A stretch of DNA of 64,000 nucleotides, from contig CM082581.2 of NCBI GenBank assembly GCA_040954595.2, positions 744,001 through 808,000 of the forward strand, in the 5' to 3' direction. A program made the translations under genes and the position numbers. Shown piece after piece: positions 24,959 to 38,600 of the stretch. The notes beneath the pieces were generated by a model. That model was not told the DNA's origin, ran no database searches, and was given only the letters and a program-made list of their open reading frames with translations. The DNA is from Balanoglossus misakiensis. Its lineage: Eukaryota; Animalia; Hemichordata. The first letter of the stretch is position 1, and every line of letters begins with the position of its first letter.

Positions 24959-25141
24959 AGGTATACAGTCACCTCCAATTTACAAACGCCCATATATGGC
25001 TGAAATGGAGTATATGAGAGTTCTAAAGAACATATGGTGGCGCTCTTTTTTGCATGTGCCACCCACTGAAAATCTGTGATTGGCTAGATCTCCTTTTGCC
25101 ATGGTAACTATAGCTAATTTTCCATAGGTGACCGTATACCT
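24959..25141. mobile_element. TTAA-flanked MITE (Kolobok-like AG...CT ends)
   Basis: TTAA|aggtatacagtcacct ... aggtgaccgtatacct|TTAA. Confidence 0.7.
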
Positions 25142-25221
25142 TTAACTGGTGATATGTATGAAGATCCCATAGTTTTATTTGGTGGTCAGTTAAAGACATT
25201 GCAAGAATTTTTGTTTTCTAG

Positions 25222-25344
25222 ATGCACATGAATGTCGTCTTGGTCTGGATGACTGTCACCCAAATGCCACTTGCAGGAATCTTGTACCAGGATATGAATG
25301 CACTTGCAAAACTGGTTTCACTGGTGATGGAATAACTTGTACAG
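25222..25344 (+). CDS. Exon: calcium-binding-type EGF domain
   Basis: DAHECRLGLDDCHPNATCRNLVPGYECTCKTGFTGDGITCT|gtatgt. Confidence 0.9.
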
Positions 25345-25638
25345 GTATGTAACTATCTACAACTGAAATGTCAACAAAAATATGTACAGCTAAAACGTAG
25401 ACACTACTGTTGATTTAGTATAGCTCTTGCTGCCCTTTTTTCCATTAATTATGTTTGATACAAGACACTGTTTATGTTATTCACCCGGTACATGTGGATA
25501 TATAGTGAATCAATGTTCGACAGCACACAACTTCCATTCCGTTTGTAAGAAATGAATCTGCAAGTGGGTTTAGTTCTTGTCTAATACAAATGGTTCGTCA
25601 GGTAGAATAATGTGATGTGATTTTATTCTTGTGTCTAG

Positions 25639-25767
25639 ATAAATGTGAAGGGTTCTGCTCAAACAATGCTGTTTGCATCAAGGACAGTGATGGCAATCCT
25701 GTTTGTGAATGTACTGATGAATATCAAGGTGAAACTTGCCGCCAGAGAATACCAATGCAAGTTAAAG
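25639..25767 (+). CDS. Exon: EGF domain
   Basis: DKCEGFCSNNAVCIKDSDGNPVCECTDEYQGETCRQRIPMQVK|gtgtgt. Confidence 0.88.
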
Positions 25768-26034
25768 GTGTGTATACATTTCTTTGTCTTTTAATAACTC
25801 AAGATTGAAAAACAATATTCACTAAAGTTTACACATTTGTTTGATCTACATGATTACAGTTTACGTTGTCTTGAAAATATTTGTGAAAATGGTGAAACTG
25901 CAACATCTGCAGTATAACTAGATTTTTGGTCAACTAACCATTTTACAATAGTTAAGCATCATAATGAATGGTTTTCTTGCTTTTATCGTAGCATATCGCC
26001 CCCGTGACAAATAGAAATATTTAAACTCTTACAG

Positions 26035-26131
26035 ATTCCTCCGTTGACACAGCTGTCATCATTGGTGGTGTTGCGGGAGGTTTAGCGGCTGTGTTAGTGC
26101 TTGGTGTAATAATGTTACTCATGTACCAACG
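26035..26131 (+). CDS. Exon: transmembrane helix
   Basis: DSSVDTAVIIGGVAGGLAAVLVLGVIMLLMYQR|gtaagt. Confidence 0.88.
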
Positions 26132-26483
26132 GTAAGTTATTTAGTACTACCAGAGTAGAATCGAGACAGCTGTAGACATGTTGCCCATCAGAAAACTGGG
26201 AATTTACCTGTATCTTTCCATACATGCATGAGGCAACGTGAAAAATAATCACATCTGTATCGTGGAAGCAAATTTATTCAAAGAGTTCATGCATAGACCT
26301 ATTAGCGTATAGGGTAACTGCAGTGCATCATGGTATAATTTGCGTTCAACATGCATGGCGGCTAACAAGGCAAAGTCACGCGACCAGACCGCAAAGTGTC
26401 CAACAACCACCTGCGTTATTCTACAGTAGTAACAACATCACAACAAATCCCACATTGATGATGTTCAACTATTTGACATTCAG

Positions 26484-26748
26484 GTGTGCTCTTGGAGGAA
26501 AGAAACATCCAGGCTGGGAAGAACAAGAGGCAACTATGGATATCCATTGGTTTGATGATACAGATGATGTTGATAGCAAGGCAGGGAAAAGTGTGGAAGA
26601 TGAGGAAGCCTTCAGAGAAATCTATCACTACAATCCCATGTATAGTGGCGACAGTGGTAGTGCCAGTGGAAGTGAGGAATGGAGACCAAGGCCTCTTAAG
26701 AGTAGAAATGAACTATTTCATGAGAGTCACGGAGACAGATACTTCTAA
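26484..26748 (+). CDS. Last exon: cytoplasmic tail with NPxY motif
   Basis: ttcag|CALGGKKHPGW...IYHYNPMYSGDSGS...HGDRYF*. Confidence 0.82.
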
Positions 26749-28386
26749 TGTGCCATCTCTGTGTGTACATGTATGGTATAATTCAAATGATAACTAGAAT
26801 GGTTTCATTTTGTGAGTTGACACAGTACTGTGATAAGCTTGGTATAATCCCATAAATGATAACAATAATAGTTATGCTTTGTCAGACGACAGTACTGTGA
26901 TAAGCGCACATTAAATTGGTTGGAGTGAAACAGATCTTTATTATTACACTCTTAGCAACATCTGAATGAAATGATCATAAATAATCATCTTTAAAGTATG
27001 TTGGTTATAAGGCTATATATTTTACATATTTTAAAGAATTTTCCTTAAAAATTTGTTATGACTTATTATAAGGTATTGTGTAATGAAAAAGATATGATAA
27101 TACGAGAATTCCTAAACAACAACATATTTTTGTTGAATTTGGAGGACAAATTTAACTGTGTACCAATTCAGCTCTCCCTTTGCATGCTGACTTGCTTCTG
27201 TATTCATACAAGGCAGCATTTATCCTTAACTTGATCAGGTAGAAGGTCTTTTCATCCAAATGCATAGATTATGAATTATTTCTCTCAATATATTCAGTGA
27301 CTACCTCCCGATGATATATATCCTCCTGAATTAGTGCTTAAAATTTTGATATTTTTCTTGATATTTTTCTTTAATTTGACTTCAACCGTCACCATTCTCC
27401 AAGACTGTAAAAGAAGGGAGATGATGATTAACTATTATCAATTTTTTTGCCCCTTGTACTGTCTTTACAACTGGCCGTATAAATCTGATATTTGTTTGGC
27501 ATGCGAATTTTGGAATATGGATGTGTATGATCACAATTATAAGATCCTCAAAATAAAAGATCCTATCATTTCATTTGGTTAATAACCAGTTCATAGGTGA
27601 ATGGAAATATAGTTATTCACTTTGAGACCTGACATGTATATATAATAATTCAAAGTATTTATTCGCATATTTTTATATTATTCATGGTGTTATAGATCAA
27701 TGGAAATTTTTCAAATTAAATTCATGTATATAAAATGTAGCAATGTAATGTCATATGTGAAACCCTTAATCTTGATATTGTAATTCATTGTAGAATATGA
27801 TTATATTGTGTTATTCACTCAACTTGTGCATGTATGTTTAAGATTCATGCAAAATTACTTTTTTATACAAACTGTTCCTTTTTGTGTTGTTCGGAGGTGA
27901 CAACTCATCAACAATGAAATAAGTTTGGGAAATTTTTGAACAAAGTCATGAAGTGGAAGTACTATAAATAAGTTTAATATCTGTTTGAGTTGTCCTGCCA
28001 GAAGTCAACATTTTTAGCTTATACAAATACTGGTGCAACTACAGAACAGTTGAAGAATTTCATCATTATATTTAAGTTTTAATTACAAGTATATCAATTG
28101 TACCTTTTCCTTATATTAAAGCATATTTTTATTATAATATTTAACTGAGTTCTTTGTCTACTTTTTTAAACTGACAATTTGTCAGTCATTACCATAACCC
28201 TGGAGTGTATTTCACTGTGTCCAGAGATTCTTCTGTAGTTGTTATAATAAGACATCAAACCAGGTCCAATAATCAATATTACTAAAGCTAAGCTAATTAC
28301 CAGGTCCAGGTTCAAAAAAGAAATAAGAGAAAAAACTTACAATTTCAACAGGATCATCTTGAACCACTGCTAAGTGGTAGTACTCG

Positions 28387-28836
28387 CACAGGGGGGCTGC
28401 AAACATGAAAGTTATAAATGGCGGAGTTCCTGCATTTTCCCCCAATAAACATTAATTGATGAACAGTCTTTGCGCTTGTTTATTTTTCTGTGTTACCTCC
28501 ACCTGTCTTAGCAGTTGCTAATCCAGAATACAAACTATTGCATTTCCCATTAAGCACCTGCTAACGACTTAATCTGTGTGCCCCATCCACGGATTTAGTG
28601 GATTAAGTAAACATCGGTCAGTTCTCACTTGGTAAGAGAATACCCAGTACTCGCTGACCGATGTTTACTTTATTAACTTAATCCGTGGATGGGGCACACA
28701 GATTAAGTCGTTAGCAGGTGATTAATGGGAAATGGATAGCTTTTATTCTGGATTAGCAAATGATAAGACAGGTTGGGAAAACGCAGAATGGAACGTACTT
28801 CGCCATTTATAACTTTCATGTTTGCAGCCCCCTGTG
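28387..28836. mobile_element. ~450-bp foldback (near-perfect hairpin) MITE
   Basis: cacagggggg.ctgcaaacatgaaagttataaatggcg pairs with cgccatttataactttcatgtttgcagccccctgtg; inner stem cacctgctaacgacttaatctgtgtgccccatccacggatt pairs with its reverse complement; loop ~28622-28653. Confidence 0.85.
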
Positions 28837-31464
28837 GTACTAGGTGTCGGAAATGGGTAAGCACACCCTTCCAGCATGCTACACCCGTTAAGACTGACCC
28901 AAAGAGACAGATTTAAGTTGAATTTGACTTAACTAACAAATTACTGTTGCAAGTCAAATCCATATTTTGACTTTATCTCTGACTGAGCGCAGCGTTGTCT
29001 GAGAGACACTCCACGTCTTCCTCTTCACAAGCAGCCCACTTGAAGTTTCAGCAACATCCATAATAGTCCTAAAGTTGAGGTGCCAGTTAAAATTAGGTTT
29101 TTGGACCAAACTGGAATAGCTGCCGAAGTTTGGTATTTCAAATGATTGTCAGGTCACCTGTTTATTATATGACTGTGAGGTTTCTAACAAAAGGGAGATG
29201 ACATACAATCACAAGTGTAAATCTAATATTGAACATTACTTAAAGGGACAAATTGTTCAAATCCTCTTTTGAGCTTATTTGATCAATTTTGTTTGATATG
29301 AAATGTGCCTATTATGCTGTTTGACTTCTTTAAACATGCTTAAATACTGGCCAATAAATAACTCCACTATGTTTGAAATTAAACCAGATAGTACAATAAT
29401 ACATTCCAAATGTCATCTGTGATAACATCATGCTTTGGACTTTTTTACTTTATATATTACATAACATGTTACGGAGGGGGGGGGGAGAGGTGAGAAAAGG
29501 AATGTGAGAAAGGAGAAGAAAAGCAAGAGGGCGGAAATGAGAATGTCAGGATGGAAAGGGAATGAGGGGAGGACTTTGACAGAAGGGGAGGGGAGAGACC
29601 GAATAAGTGAAGGTGAGAGAGGAAGTGGTTAGACAGGAAGAAAGGGAAATTAAAGCTCAATCACCACCACCACCACCACCACAATCATCATCATCACCAT
29701 CATTGCCATCATCATTCTGGAGGCATCGTGGCCTGTATTTGCCCATGGGCATCATGGGCCAAAAAAACTGATTCAGTGTAAATGTGCATAAACCACACTT
29801 TTGTACGAACTCCTGTAACCGGTGACGCAAGTCGTGAGTGGATTTGTGGGCATGTCGCGACCTTTTCTGTGAACGTGATGCAGAGTGATATATTGATGAC
29901 CCCCCAGCCACCCCCACACCCTTTGGTAACACACTTCTTAAACTTTCTTTACATAGAATGGACTTCTCAAACCTTCCTTACCAAAGTTCTGATTAAAGAT
30001 ATCTATCTTCTAGGGTACTACCAACAGCGTTTCACGTGACTGTAGACAAGCATCAAGTACCTGTACACAGACAAGGGCGTGCGCGCGTCCACAATAATTT
30101 AAAACGAATGTTTCCACCGCCGTGTGTTTTATGCACATAAACACTGAATCAGCTTTAATATTGTCCCATGATGCCCCGTGAGTTGTCAGAGTACCAAACT
30201 GACAATGCTGGAGAAAAAATGAAGTGTTGACATGCATGTTGTTGAGGGGTTTCACAATGCATGTTACGGACGCTGGTTTCTCTTAGCAATAGAGTAGAGG
30301 CGTAAGGATGGGTTGATCTTGTGATTAAGAATTTTGGCAAAGAAACAGAAATTGTGTCATTTAGTTTTGTATTAAACCCTATTCGCGTATTTTGTGTTAA
30401 AGCACGAAATACTGCAATAATGAGATACGGTAGTATTTAACACATATAATATATGATATAATATAGCTTTATCAATCCCAGTGAATTTTGTGACGTCATT
30501 GCTGTACATTTTTGTATCTTTTATTTAAAACGCACAATGTTACATCAACAAATCAAAAGAAGAAACGAACTGAAAACTCACATCATAGCTTCAAAATTTA
30601 TTACACTTTCTGGATGGTTGCATGATTCCTAAGGCTTGTATACCTTCAACCTCAATGTCACGCGGGAGGATTGGTGTTGGGAATGTAACGGGGAATTAAA
30701 CTCTATCGATGGGGATAACTCGCTTGGCTAATACTGAGAGGTACCTATATGGAATCGTGCTGACGTCCAGATACATCGACACGAACACTGGGTATTTATG
30801 GTAGCAACTGAGAATATAAGAATTTAATGAAATAAACCTACTCGACCACTTGCGTTCTGAGGACAAGAAGGACACAAATAGTCCGCCATCCAAAAGACCG
30901 TTCCAGCATTTTATTTTTACCCGCCAAAAGACGCGGAGATATATTTTTAGATGAATGATCCATGCATACTCTGATTGCATAGTACTTGTCTTCCTTGTGT
31001 TCCTTAAAACAATGAATGTATTGTATTTTCTTTTCTTTTCATCAGGAATGCGATAACTTTCTTAACACTTCAAAAGTTTCTTTACTCTTCAATCACTTCT
31101 GTCTCAAGTTTAACTTTTACTTCCAAATCTCAGGTCACAAACTCTATAGACTGCTAAACAATTTTCTTCCTAGTGTTGTATGCGCCACTTGTGAATTTTT
31201 GCGAGTGAGATTCACGGGCGTTTGAGCACAAGTTATACAAAATATGTTTATCGCCATTAGAAAAACGTTCGCGTAGAATCAATGACGTCATGGTAAATTT
31301 TAGCTGCATGCTCCAATAGGGATGATAGGGAGACTACTTGTTGTAGAGCACCTGAAAATGTACGTATTTCGTCACTTCCTTTTCGCGAAATTTAATTCTT
31401 AACGGCATCTTAGTTTTAAGATTTGTGATTCCTTTTTTCTTCAGTTGTACATTTGCATCCTGGG

Positions 31465-31735
31465 ATACTTCTTTGTAGACTATCGAACCTTGGCATCTCA
31501 GACACAGTACTAACATGGTTTACATCTTACCTTCAATATAGATATCAAACTGTAATCATCGAAAACACTGCAAGTTCACAGTCACCTCTCGTATACGGGG
31601 TGCCACTGCCCCTCTGTTGTTCACCATTTATATAGCCCCACTTTATAGTAAACCGATTCGTCCCCACATCCTACAATTTCATCAGTACGCCGATGATAAC
31701 CAGCGATACCTCGCCTTTTCCCATCAAGATTCAAC
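31465..31735 (+). mobile_element. Degenerate L2/CR1-group reverse transcriptase fragment
   Basis: ILLCRLSNLGISDTVLTWFTSYLQYRYQTV...YGVP / PLLFTIYIAPL / FHQYADDNQRYLAF across frameshifts. Confidence 0.85.
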
Positions 31736-31788
31736 CTCTGACGTTCCTGTCTTCTAAGGATTGTTGAACTTTAATTCATGCAGTTTGT

Positions 31789-32328
31789 TGTTACGGCCGG
31801 TCGTCCTCCGGACGTTTACCTCATCGGCTTCTGTGGGGAATCAGCCACGTCCGAAAGCTGACGGCGTACATTCTCTCCATCTCCTTCTCCACCCAACATA
31901 TTCATAAAGTCCGAGAGAGGTACCCGGCAGATCGTAAACCTTTCGTAGACAGAGACTTGCAAGAAGTTTTCCGAGTAACACAAAGTTCTGGTTTATTACT
32001 GGTCACACGTAAGAATTACACGACTCGATCCATGCTCGTTGACTCCCATCACGGATCTCCGGTGATAAATGTGTGATCTCAAATTTCACCACACCTTATT
32101 AATACGTTAGTCAAGTATTAAGTCATAAAAGGAACACGTCATCTTGATATTTCTTAAACATGAACTTAGCGCGTGATATCTCTATCTCGTTCTGACATGT
32201 ATCAATTACACAATCTTGTTTACTCTGGGTCAAGTACCAATGTCAATACTGGACTAAAACCATATAAGTGAATGACTTCTTACGTAATCATAAACAAGAT
32301 CTATGATCGTTAAAACTCAATCGTGACA
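31789..32328 (-). mobile_element. Probable solo LTR (540 bp)
   Basis: Termini TGTTACG...CGTGACA; flanks tttgt/cttgt (5-bp TSD with one mismatch); AATAAA on the minus strand near 31992. Confidence 0.5.
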
Positions 32329-32627
32329 CTTGTATTACCGCTGGTTTCTCATGATTGTTCATGCATCGGGGAATCTGTAGCGATGAGGTAACGGGCTCTG
32401 ACGAGAACCGTGATCCACGGAGAAACGTATCTGATTTACGTTCATTTATTGTCCGGAATTATTATAGTACATCAAATACGCCCAGTAAAGTACATGAGGA
32501 AGGGAACGAGCTCAGTAGCCTGAGGTACTCCCATCTCCCGTTATATTATTCTCCCCTAACTTTGGAAACAAAGTTCTCTTATAATTACTTTTCTCAAGGC
32601 GTGGTTAACCATGTAAAATATCACAAA

Positions 32628-35600
32628 TACATGTAGTGGCCAGTGTCGTGCCCATTAATTTTGAGTGTTTGGTGGGGTCAACCTTTGCGTTAACATTGAT
32701 TAACCAGGCCATGCAGAGCTAGTGGCCAGTGTCGTGCCCATTAATTTTGAGTGTTTGGTGGGGTCAACCTTTGCGTCAACATTGATTAACCAGGCCATGC
32801 AGAGCTAGTGGCCAGTGTCGTGGCCATTAATTTTTAGTGTTTGGTGGGGTCAACCTTTGCGTCAACATTGATTAACCAGGCCATGCAGAGCTAGTGGCCA
32901 GTGTCGTGCCCATTAATTTTGAGTGTTTGGTGGGGTCAACCTTTGCGTCAACATTGATTAACCATGCCATGCAGAGCTAGTAGCCAGTGTCGTGCCCATT
33001 AATTTTGAGTGTTTGGTGGGGTCAACCTTTGCGTCAACATTGATTAACCAGGCCATGCAGAGCTAGTGGCCAGTGTCGTGCCCATTAATTTTGAGTGTTT
33101 GGTGGGGTCAACCTTTGCGTCAACATTGATTAACCAGGCCATGCAGAGCTAGTGGCCAGTGTCGTGCCCATTAATTTTGAGTGTTTGGTGGGGTCAACCT
33201 TTGCGTCAACATTGATAAACCAGGCCATGCAGAGCTAGTGGCCAGTGTCGTTCCCATTAATTTTGAGTGTTTGGTGGGGTCAACCTTTGCTTCAACATTG
33301 ATTAACCAGGCCAGAGCTTAGTGGCCAGTGTCGCGCCCATTAATTTTGAGTGTTTGGTGGGGTCAACCCTTGCGTCAACCTTGATTAGCCAGGCCAGAGC
33401 TAGTGGCCAGTGTCGTGCCCATCAATTATGAGTGTTTGGTGGGGTCAACCCTTGCGTCAACATTGATTAGCCAGGCCAGAGCTTAGTGGCCAGTGTCGCG
33501 CCCATTAATTTTGAGTGTTTGGTGGGGTCAACCCTTGCGTCAACCTTGATTAGCCAGGCCAGAGCTAGTGGCCAGTGTCGTGCCCATCAATTATGAGTGT
33601 TTGGTGGGGTCAACCCTTGCGTCAACATTGATTAGCCAGGCCAGAGCTTAGTGGCCAGTGTCGTGCCCACAAATTTTGAGTGTTTGGTGGGGTCAACCCT
33701 TGCGTCAACATTGATTAACCAGGCCAGAGCTAGTGGCCAGTGTCGCGCCCATCAATTTTGAGTGTTTGGTGGGGTCAACCCTTGCGTCAACATTGATTAG
33801 CCAGGCCAGAGCTAGTGGCCAGTGTCGTGCCCATCAATTTTGAGTGTTTGGTGGGGTCAACCCTTGTGTCAACATTGATTAGCCAGGCCAGAGCTAGTGG
33901 CCAGTGTCGTGCCCATCAATTTTGAGTGTTTGGTGGGGTCAACCCTTGCGTCAACATTGATTAGCCAGGCCAGAGCTAGTGGCCAGTGCCGTGCCCATCA
34001 ATTTTGAGTGTTTGGTGGGGTCAACCCTTGCGTCAACCTTGATTAGCCAGGCCAGAGCTAGTGGCCAGTGTCGTGCCCATTAATTTTGAGTGTTTGGTGG
34101 GGTCAACCTTTGCGTCAACATTGATTAACCAGGCCATGCAGAGCTAGTGGCCAGTGTCGTTCCCATTAATTTTGAGTGTTTGGTGGGGTCAACCTTTGCG
34201 TCAACATTGATTAACCATGCCATGCAGAACTAGTAGCCAGTGTCGTGCCCATTAATTTTGAGTGTTTGGTGGGGTCAACCTTTGCGTCAACATTGATTAA
34301 CCAGGCCATGCAGAGCTAGTGGCCAGTGTCGTGCCCATTAATTTTGAGTGTTTGGTGGGGTCAACCTTTGCGTCAACATTGATTAACCAGGCCATGCAGA
34401 GCTAGTGGCCAGTGTCGTGCCCATTAATTTTGAGTGTTTGGTGGGGTCAACCTTTGCGTCAACATTGATAAACCAGGCCATGCAGAGCTAGTGGCCAGTG
34501 TCGTTCCCATTAATTTTGAGTGTTTGGTGGGGTCAACCTTTGCTTCAACATTGATTAACCAGGCCAGAGCTTAGTGGCCAGTGTCGCGCCCATTAATTTT
34601 GAGTGTTTGGTGGGGTCAACCCTTGCGTCAACCTTGATTAGCCAGGCCAGAGCTAGTGGCCAGTGTCGTGCCCATCAATTATGAGTGTTTGGTGGGGTCA
34701 ACCCTTGCGTCAACATTGATTAGCCAGGCCAGAGCTTAGTGGCCAGTGTCGCGCCCATTAATTTTGAGTGTTTGGTGGGGTTAACCCTTGCGTCAACCTT
34801 GATTAGCCACGGCAGAGCTAGTGGCCAGTGTCGTGCCCACAAATTTTGAGTGTTTGGTGGGGTCAACCCTTGCGTCAACATTGATTAGCCAGGCCAGAGC
34901 TAGTGGCCAGTGTCGCGCCCATCAATTTTGAGTGTTTGGTGGGGTCAACCCTTGCGTCAACATTGATTAGCCAGGCCAGAGCTAGTGGCCAGTGTCGTGC
35001 CCATCAATTTTGAGTGTTTGGTGGGGTCAACCCTTGTGTCAACATTGATTAGCCAGGCCAGAGCTAGTGGCCAGTGTCGTGCCCATCAATTTTGAGTGTT
35101 TGGTGGGGTCAACCCTTGCGTCAACATTGATTAGCCAGGCCAGAGCTAGTGGCCAGTGCCGTGCCCATCAATTTTGAGTGTTTGGTGGGGTCAACCCTTG
35201 CGTCAACCTTGATTAGCCAGGCCAGAGCTAGTGGCCAGTGTCGTGCCCATTAATTTTGAGTGTTTGGTGGGGTCAACCTTTGCGTCAACATTGATTAACC
35301 AGGCCATGCAGAGCTAGTGGCCAGTGTCGTTCCCATTAATTTTGAGTGTTTGGTGGGGTCAACCTTTGCTTCAATATTGATTAACCAGGCCAGAGCTTAG
35401 TGGCCAGTGTCGTGCCCATCAATTTTGAGTGTTTGGTGGGGTCAACCCTTGCGTCAACCTTGATTAGCCAGGCCAGAGCTAGTGGCCAGTGTCGTGCCCA
35501 TCAATTTTGAGTGTTTGGTGGGGTCAACCCTTGCGTCAACATTGATTAGCCAGGCCAGAGCTTAGTGGCCAGTGTTGCGCCCATTAATTTTGAGTGTTTG

Positions 35601-38600
35601 GTGGGGTTAACCCTTGCGTCAACCTTGATTAGCCAGGCCAGAGCTAGTGGCCAGTGTCGTGCCCATTAATTTTGAGTGTTTGGTGGGGTCAACCTTTGCG
35701 TCAACATTGATTAACCAGGCCATGCAGAGCTAGTGGCCAGTGTCGTTCCCATTAATTTTGAGTGTTTGGTGGGGTCAACCTTTGCTTCAACATTGATTAA
35801 CCAGGCCAGAGCTTAGTGGCCAGTGTCGTGCCCATCAATTTTGAGTGTTTGGTGGGGTCAACCCTTGCGTCAACATTGATTAGCCAGGCCAGAGCTAGTG
35901 GCCAGTGTCGTGCCCATCAATTTTGAGTGTTTGGTGGGGTCAACCCTTGCGTCAACATTGATTAGCCAGGCCAGAGCTTAGTGGCCAGTGTCGCGCCCAT
36001 TAATTTTGAGTGTTTGGTGGCGTTAACCCTTGCGTCAACCTGGATTAGCCAGGCCAGAGCTAGGGGCCAGTGTCGCGCCCATCAATTTTGAGTGTTTGGT
36101 GGGGTCAACCTTTGCGTCAACATTGATTAGCCAGGCCAGAGCTAGTGGCCAGTGTCGCGCCCATCAATTTTGAGTGTTTGGTGGGGTCAACCCTTGCGTC
36201 AACATTGATTAGCCAGGCCAGAGCTAGTGGCCAGTGTCGTGCCCATCACTTTTGAGTGTTTGGTGGGGTCAACCCTTGTGTCAACATTGATTAGCCAGGC
36301 CAGAGCTAGTGGCCAGTGTCGTGCCCATCAATTTTGAGTGTTTGGTGGGGTCAACCCTTGCGTCAACATTGATTAGCCAGGCCAGAGCTAGTGGCCAGTG
36401 CCGTGCCCATCAATTTTGAGTGTTTGGAGGGGGTCAACCCTTGCGTCAACCTTGATTAGCCAGGCCAGAGCTAGTGGCCAGTGTCGTGCCCATTAATTTT
36501 GAGTGTTTGGTGGGGTCAACCTTTGCGTCAACATTGATTAACCAGGCCATGCAGAGCTAGTGGCCAGTGTCGTTCCCATTAATTTTGAGTGTTTGGTGGG
36601 GTCAACCTTTGCGTCAACATTGATTAACCATGCCATGCAGAACTAGTAGCCAGTGTCGTGCCCATTAATTTTGAGTGTTTGGTGGGGTCAACCTTTGCGT
36701 CAACATTGATTAACCAGGCCATGCAGAGCTAGTGGCCAGTGTCGTGCCTATTAATTTTGAGTGTTTGGTGGGGTCAACCTTTGCGTCAACATTGATTAAC
36801 CAGGCCATGCAGAGCTAGTGGCCAGTGTCGTGCCCATTAATTTTGAGTGTTTGGTGGGGTCAACCTTTGCTTCAACATTGATTAACCAGGCCAGAGCTTA
36901 GTGGCCAGTGTCGCGCCCATTAATTTTGAGTGTTTGGTGGGGTCAACCCTTGCGTCAACCTTGATTAGCCAGGCCAGAGCTAGTGGCCAGTGTCGTGCCC
37001 ATCAATTATGAGTGTTTGGTGGGGTCAACCCTTGCGTCAACATTGATTAGCCAGGCCAGAGCTTAGTGGCCAGTGTCGCGCCCATTAATTTTGAGTGTTT
37101 GGTGGGGTTAACCCTTGCGTCAACCTGGATTAGCCAGGCCAGAGCTAGGGGCCAGTGTCGCGCCCATCAATTTTGAGTGTTTGGTGGGCTCAACCTTTGC
37201 ATCAACCTTGATTAGCCACGGCAGAGCTAGTGGCCAGTGTCGTGCCCACAAATTTTGAGTGTTTGGTGGGGTCAACCCTTGCGTCAACATTGATTAGCCA
37301 GGCCAGAGCTAGTGGCCAGTGTCGCGCCCATCAATTTTGAGTGTTTGGTGGGGTCAACCCTTGCGTCAACATTGATTAGCCAGGCCAGAGCTAGTGGCCA
37401 GTGTCGTGCCCATCAATTTTGAGTGTTTGGTGGGGTCAACCCTTGTGTCAACATTGATTAGCCAGGCCAGAGCTAGTGGCCAGTGTCGTGCCCATCAATT
37501 TTGAGTGTTTGGTGGGGTCAACCCTTGCGTCAACATTGATTAGCCAGGCCAGAGCTAGTGGCCAGTGCCGTGCCCATCAATTTTGAGTGTTTGGTGGGGT
37601 CAACCCTTGCGTCAACCTTGATTAGCCAGGCCAGAGCTAGTGGCCAGTGTCGTGCCCATTAATTTTGAGTGTTTGGTGGGGTCAACCTTTGCGTCAACAT
37701 TGATTAACCAGGCCATGCAGAGCTAGTGGCCAGTGTCGTTCCCATTAATTTTGAGTGTTTGGTGGGGTCAACCTTTGCTTCAACATTGATTAACCAGGCC
37801 AGAGCTTAGTGGCCAGTGTCGTGCCCATCAATTTTGAGTGTTTGGTGGGGTCAACCCTTGCGTCAACCTTGATTAGCCAGGCCAGAGCTAGTGGCCAGTG
37901 TCGTGCCCATCAATTTTGAGTGTTTGGTGGGGTCAACCCTTGCGTCAACATTGATTAGCCAGGCCAGAGCTTAGTGGCCAGTGTTGCGCCCATTAATTTT
38001 GAGTGTTTGGTGGGGTTAACCCTTGCGTCAACCTTGATTAGCCAGGCCAGAGCTAGTGGCCAGTGTCGTGCCCATTAATTTTGAGTGTTTGGTGGGGTCA
38101 ACCTTTGCGTCAACATTGATTAACCAGGCCATGCAGAGCTAGTGGCCAGTGTCGTTCCCATTAATTTTGAGTGTTTGGTGGGGTCAACCTTTGCTTCAAC
38201 ATTGATTAACCAGGCCAGAGCTTAGTGGCCAGTGTCGTGCCCATCAATTTTGAGTGTTTGGTGGGGTCAACCCTTGCGTCAACCTTGATTAGCCAGGCCA
38301 GAGCTAGTGGCCAGTGTCGTGCCCATCAATTTTGAGTGTTTGGTGGGGTCAACCCTTGCGTCAACATTGATTAGCCAGGCCAGAGCTTAGTGGCCAGTGT
38401 CGCGCCCATTAATTTTGAGTGTTTGGTGGGGTTAACCCTTGCGTCAACCTGGATTAGCCAGGCCAGAGCTAGTGGCCAGTGTCGTGCCCATCAATTTTGA
38501 GTGTTTGGTGGGGTCAACCTTTGCGTCAACCTTGATTAGCCACGCCAGAGCTAGTGGCCAGTGTCGTGCCCATCAATTTTGAGTGTTTGGTGGGGTCAAC

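Larger units (their letters stand above)
18238..26748 (+). pseudogene. 3' part of an Uninflatable/SVEP1-like multidomain type I membrane protein gene (pentraxin, HYR, sushi, 4 ephrin-receptor-like Cys repeats, cbEGF, EGF, TM, NPxY tail); probably disabled
   Basis: 14 phase-compatible exons. Lesions: acceptor AT at 21195-21196, donors TT at 23521 and 23943, in-frame TAG at 23822-23824. No 5' exons found in the window. Confidence 0.75.

Noticed and set aside
29469-29720. Purine-rich and CAC/CAT tract ORFs
   Set aside because: Low-complexity sequence with no splice or domain support.
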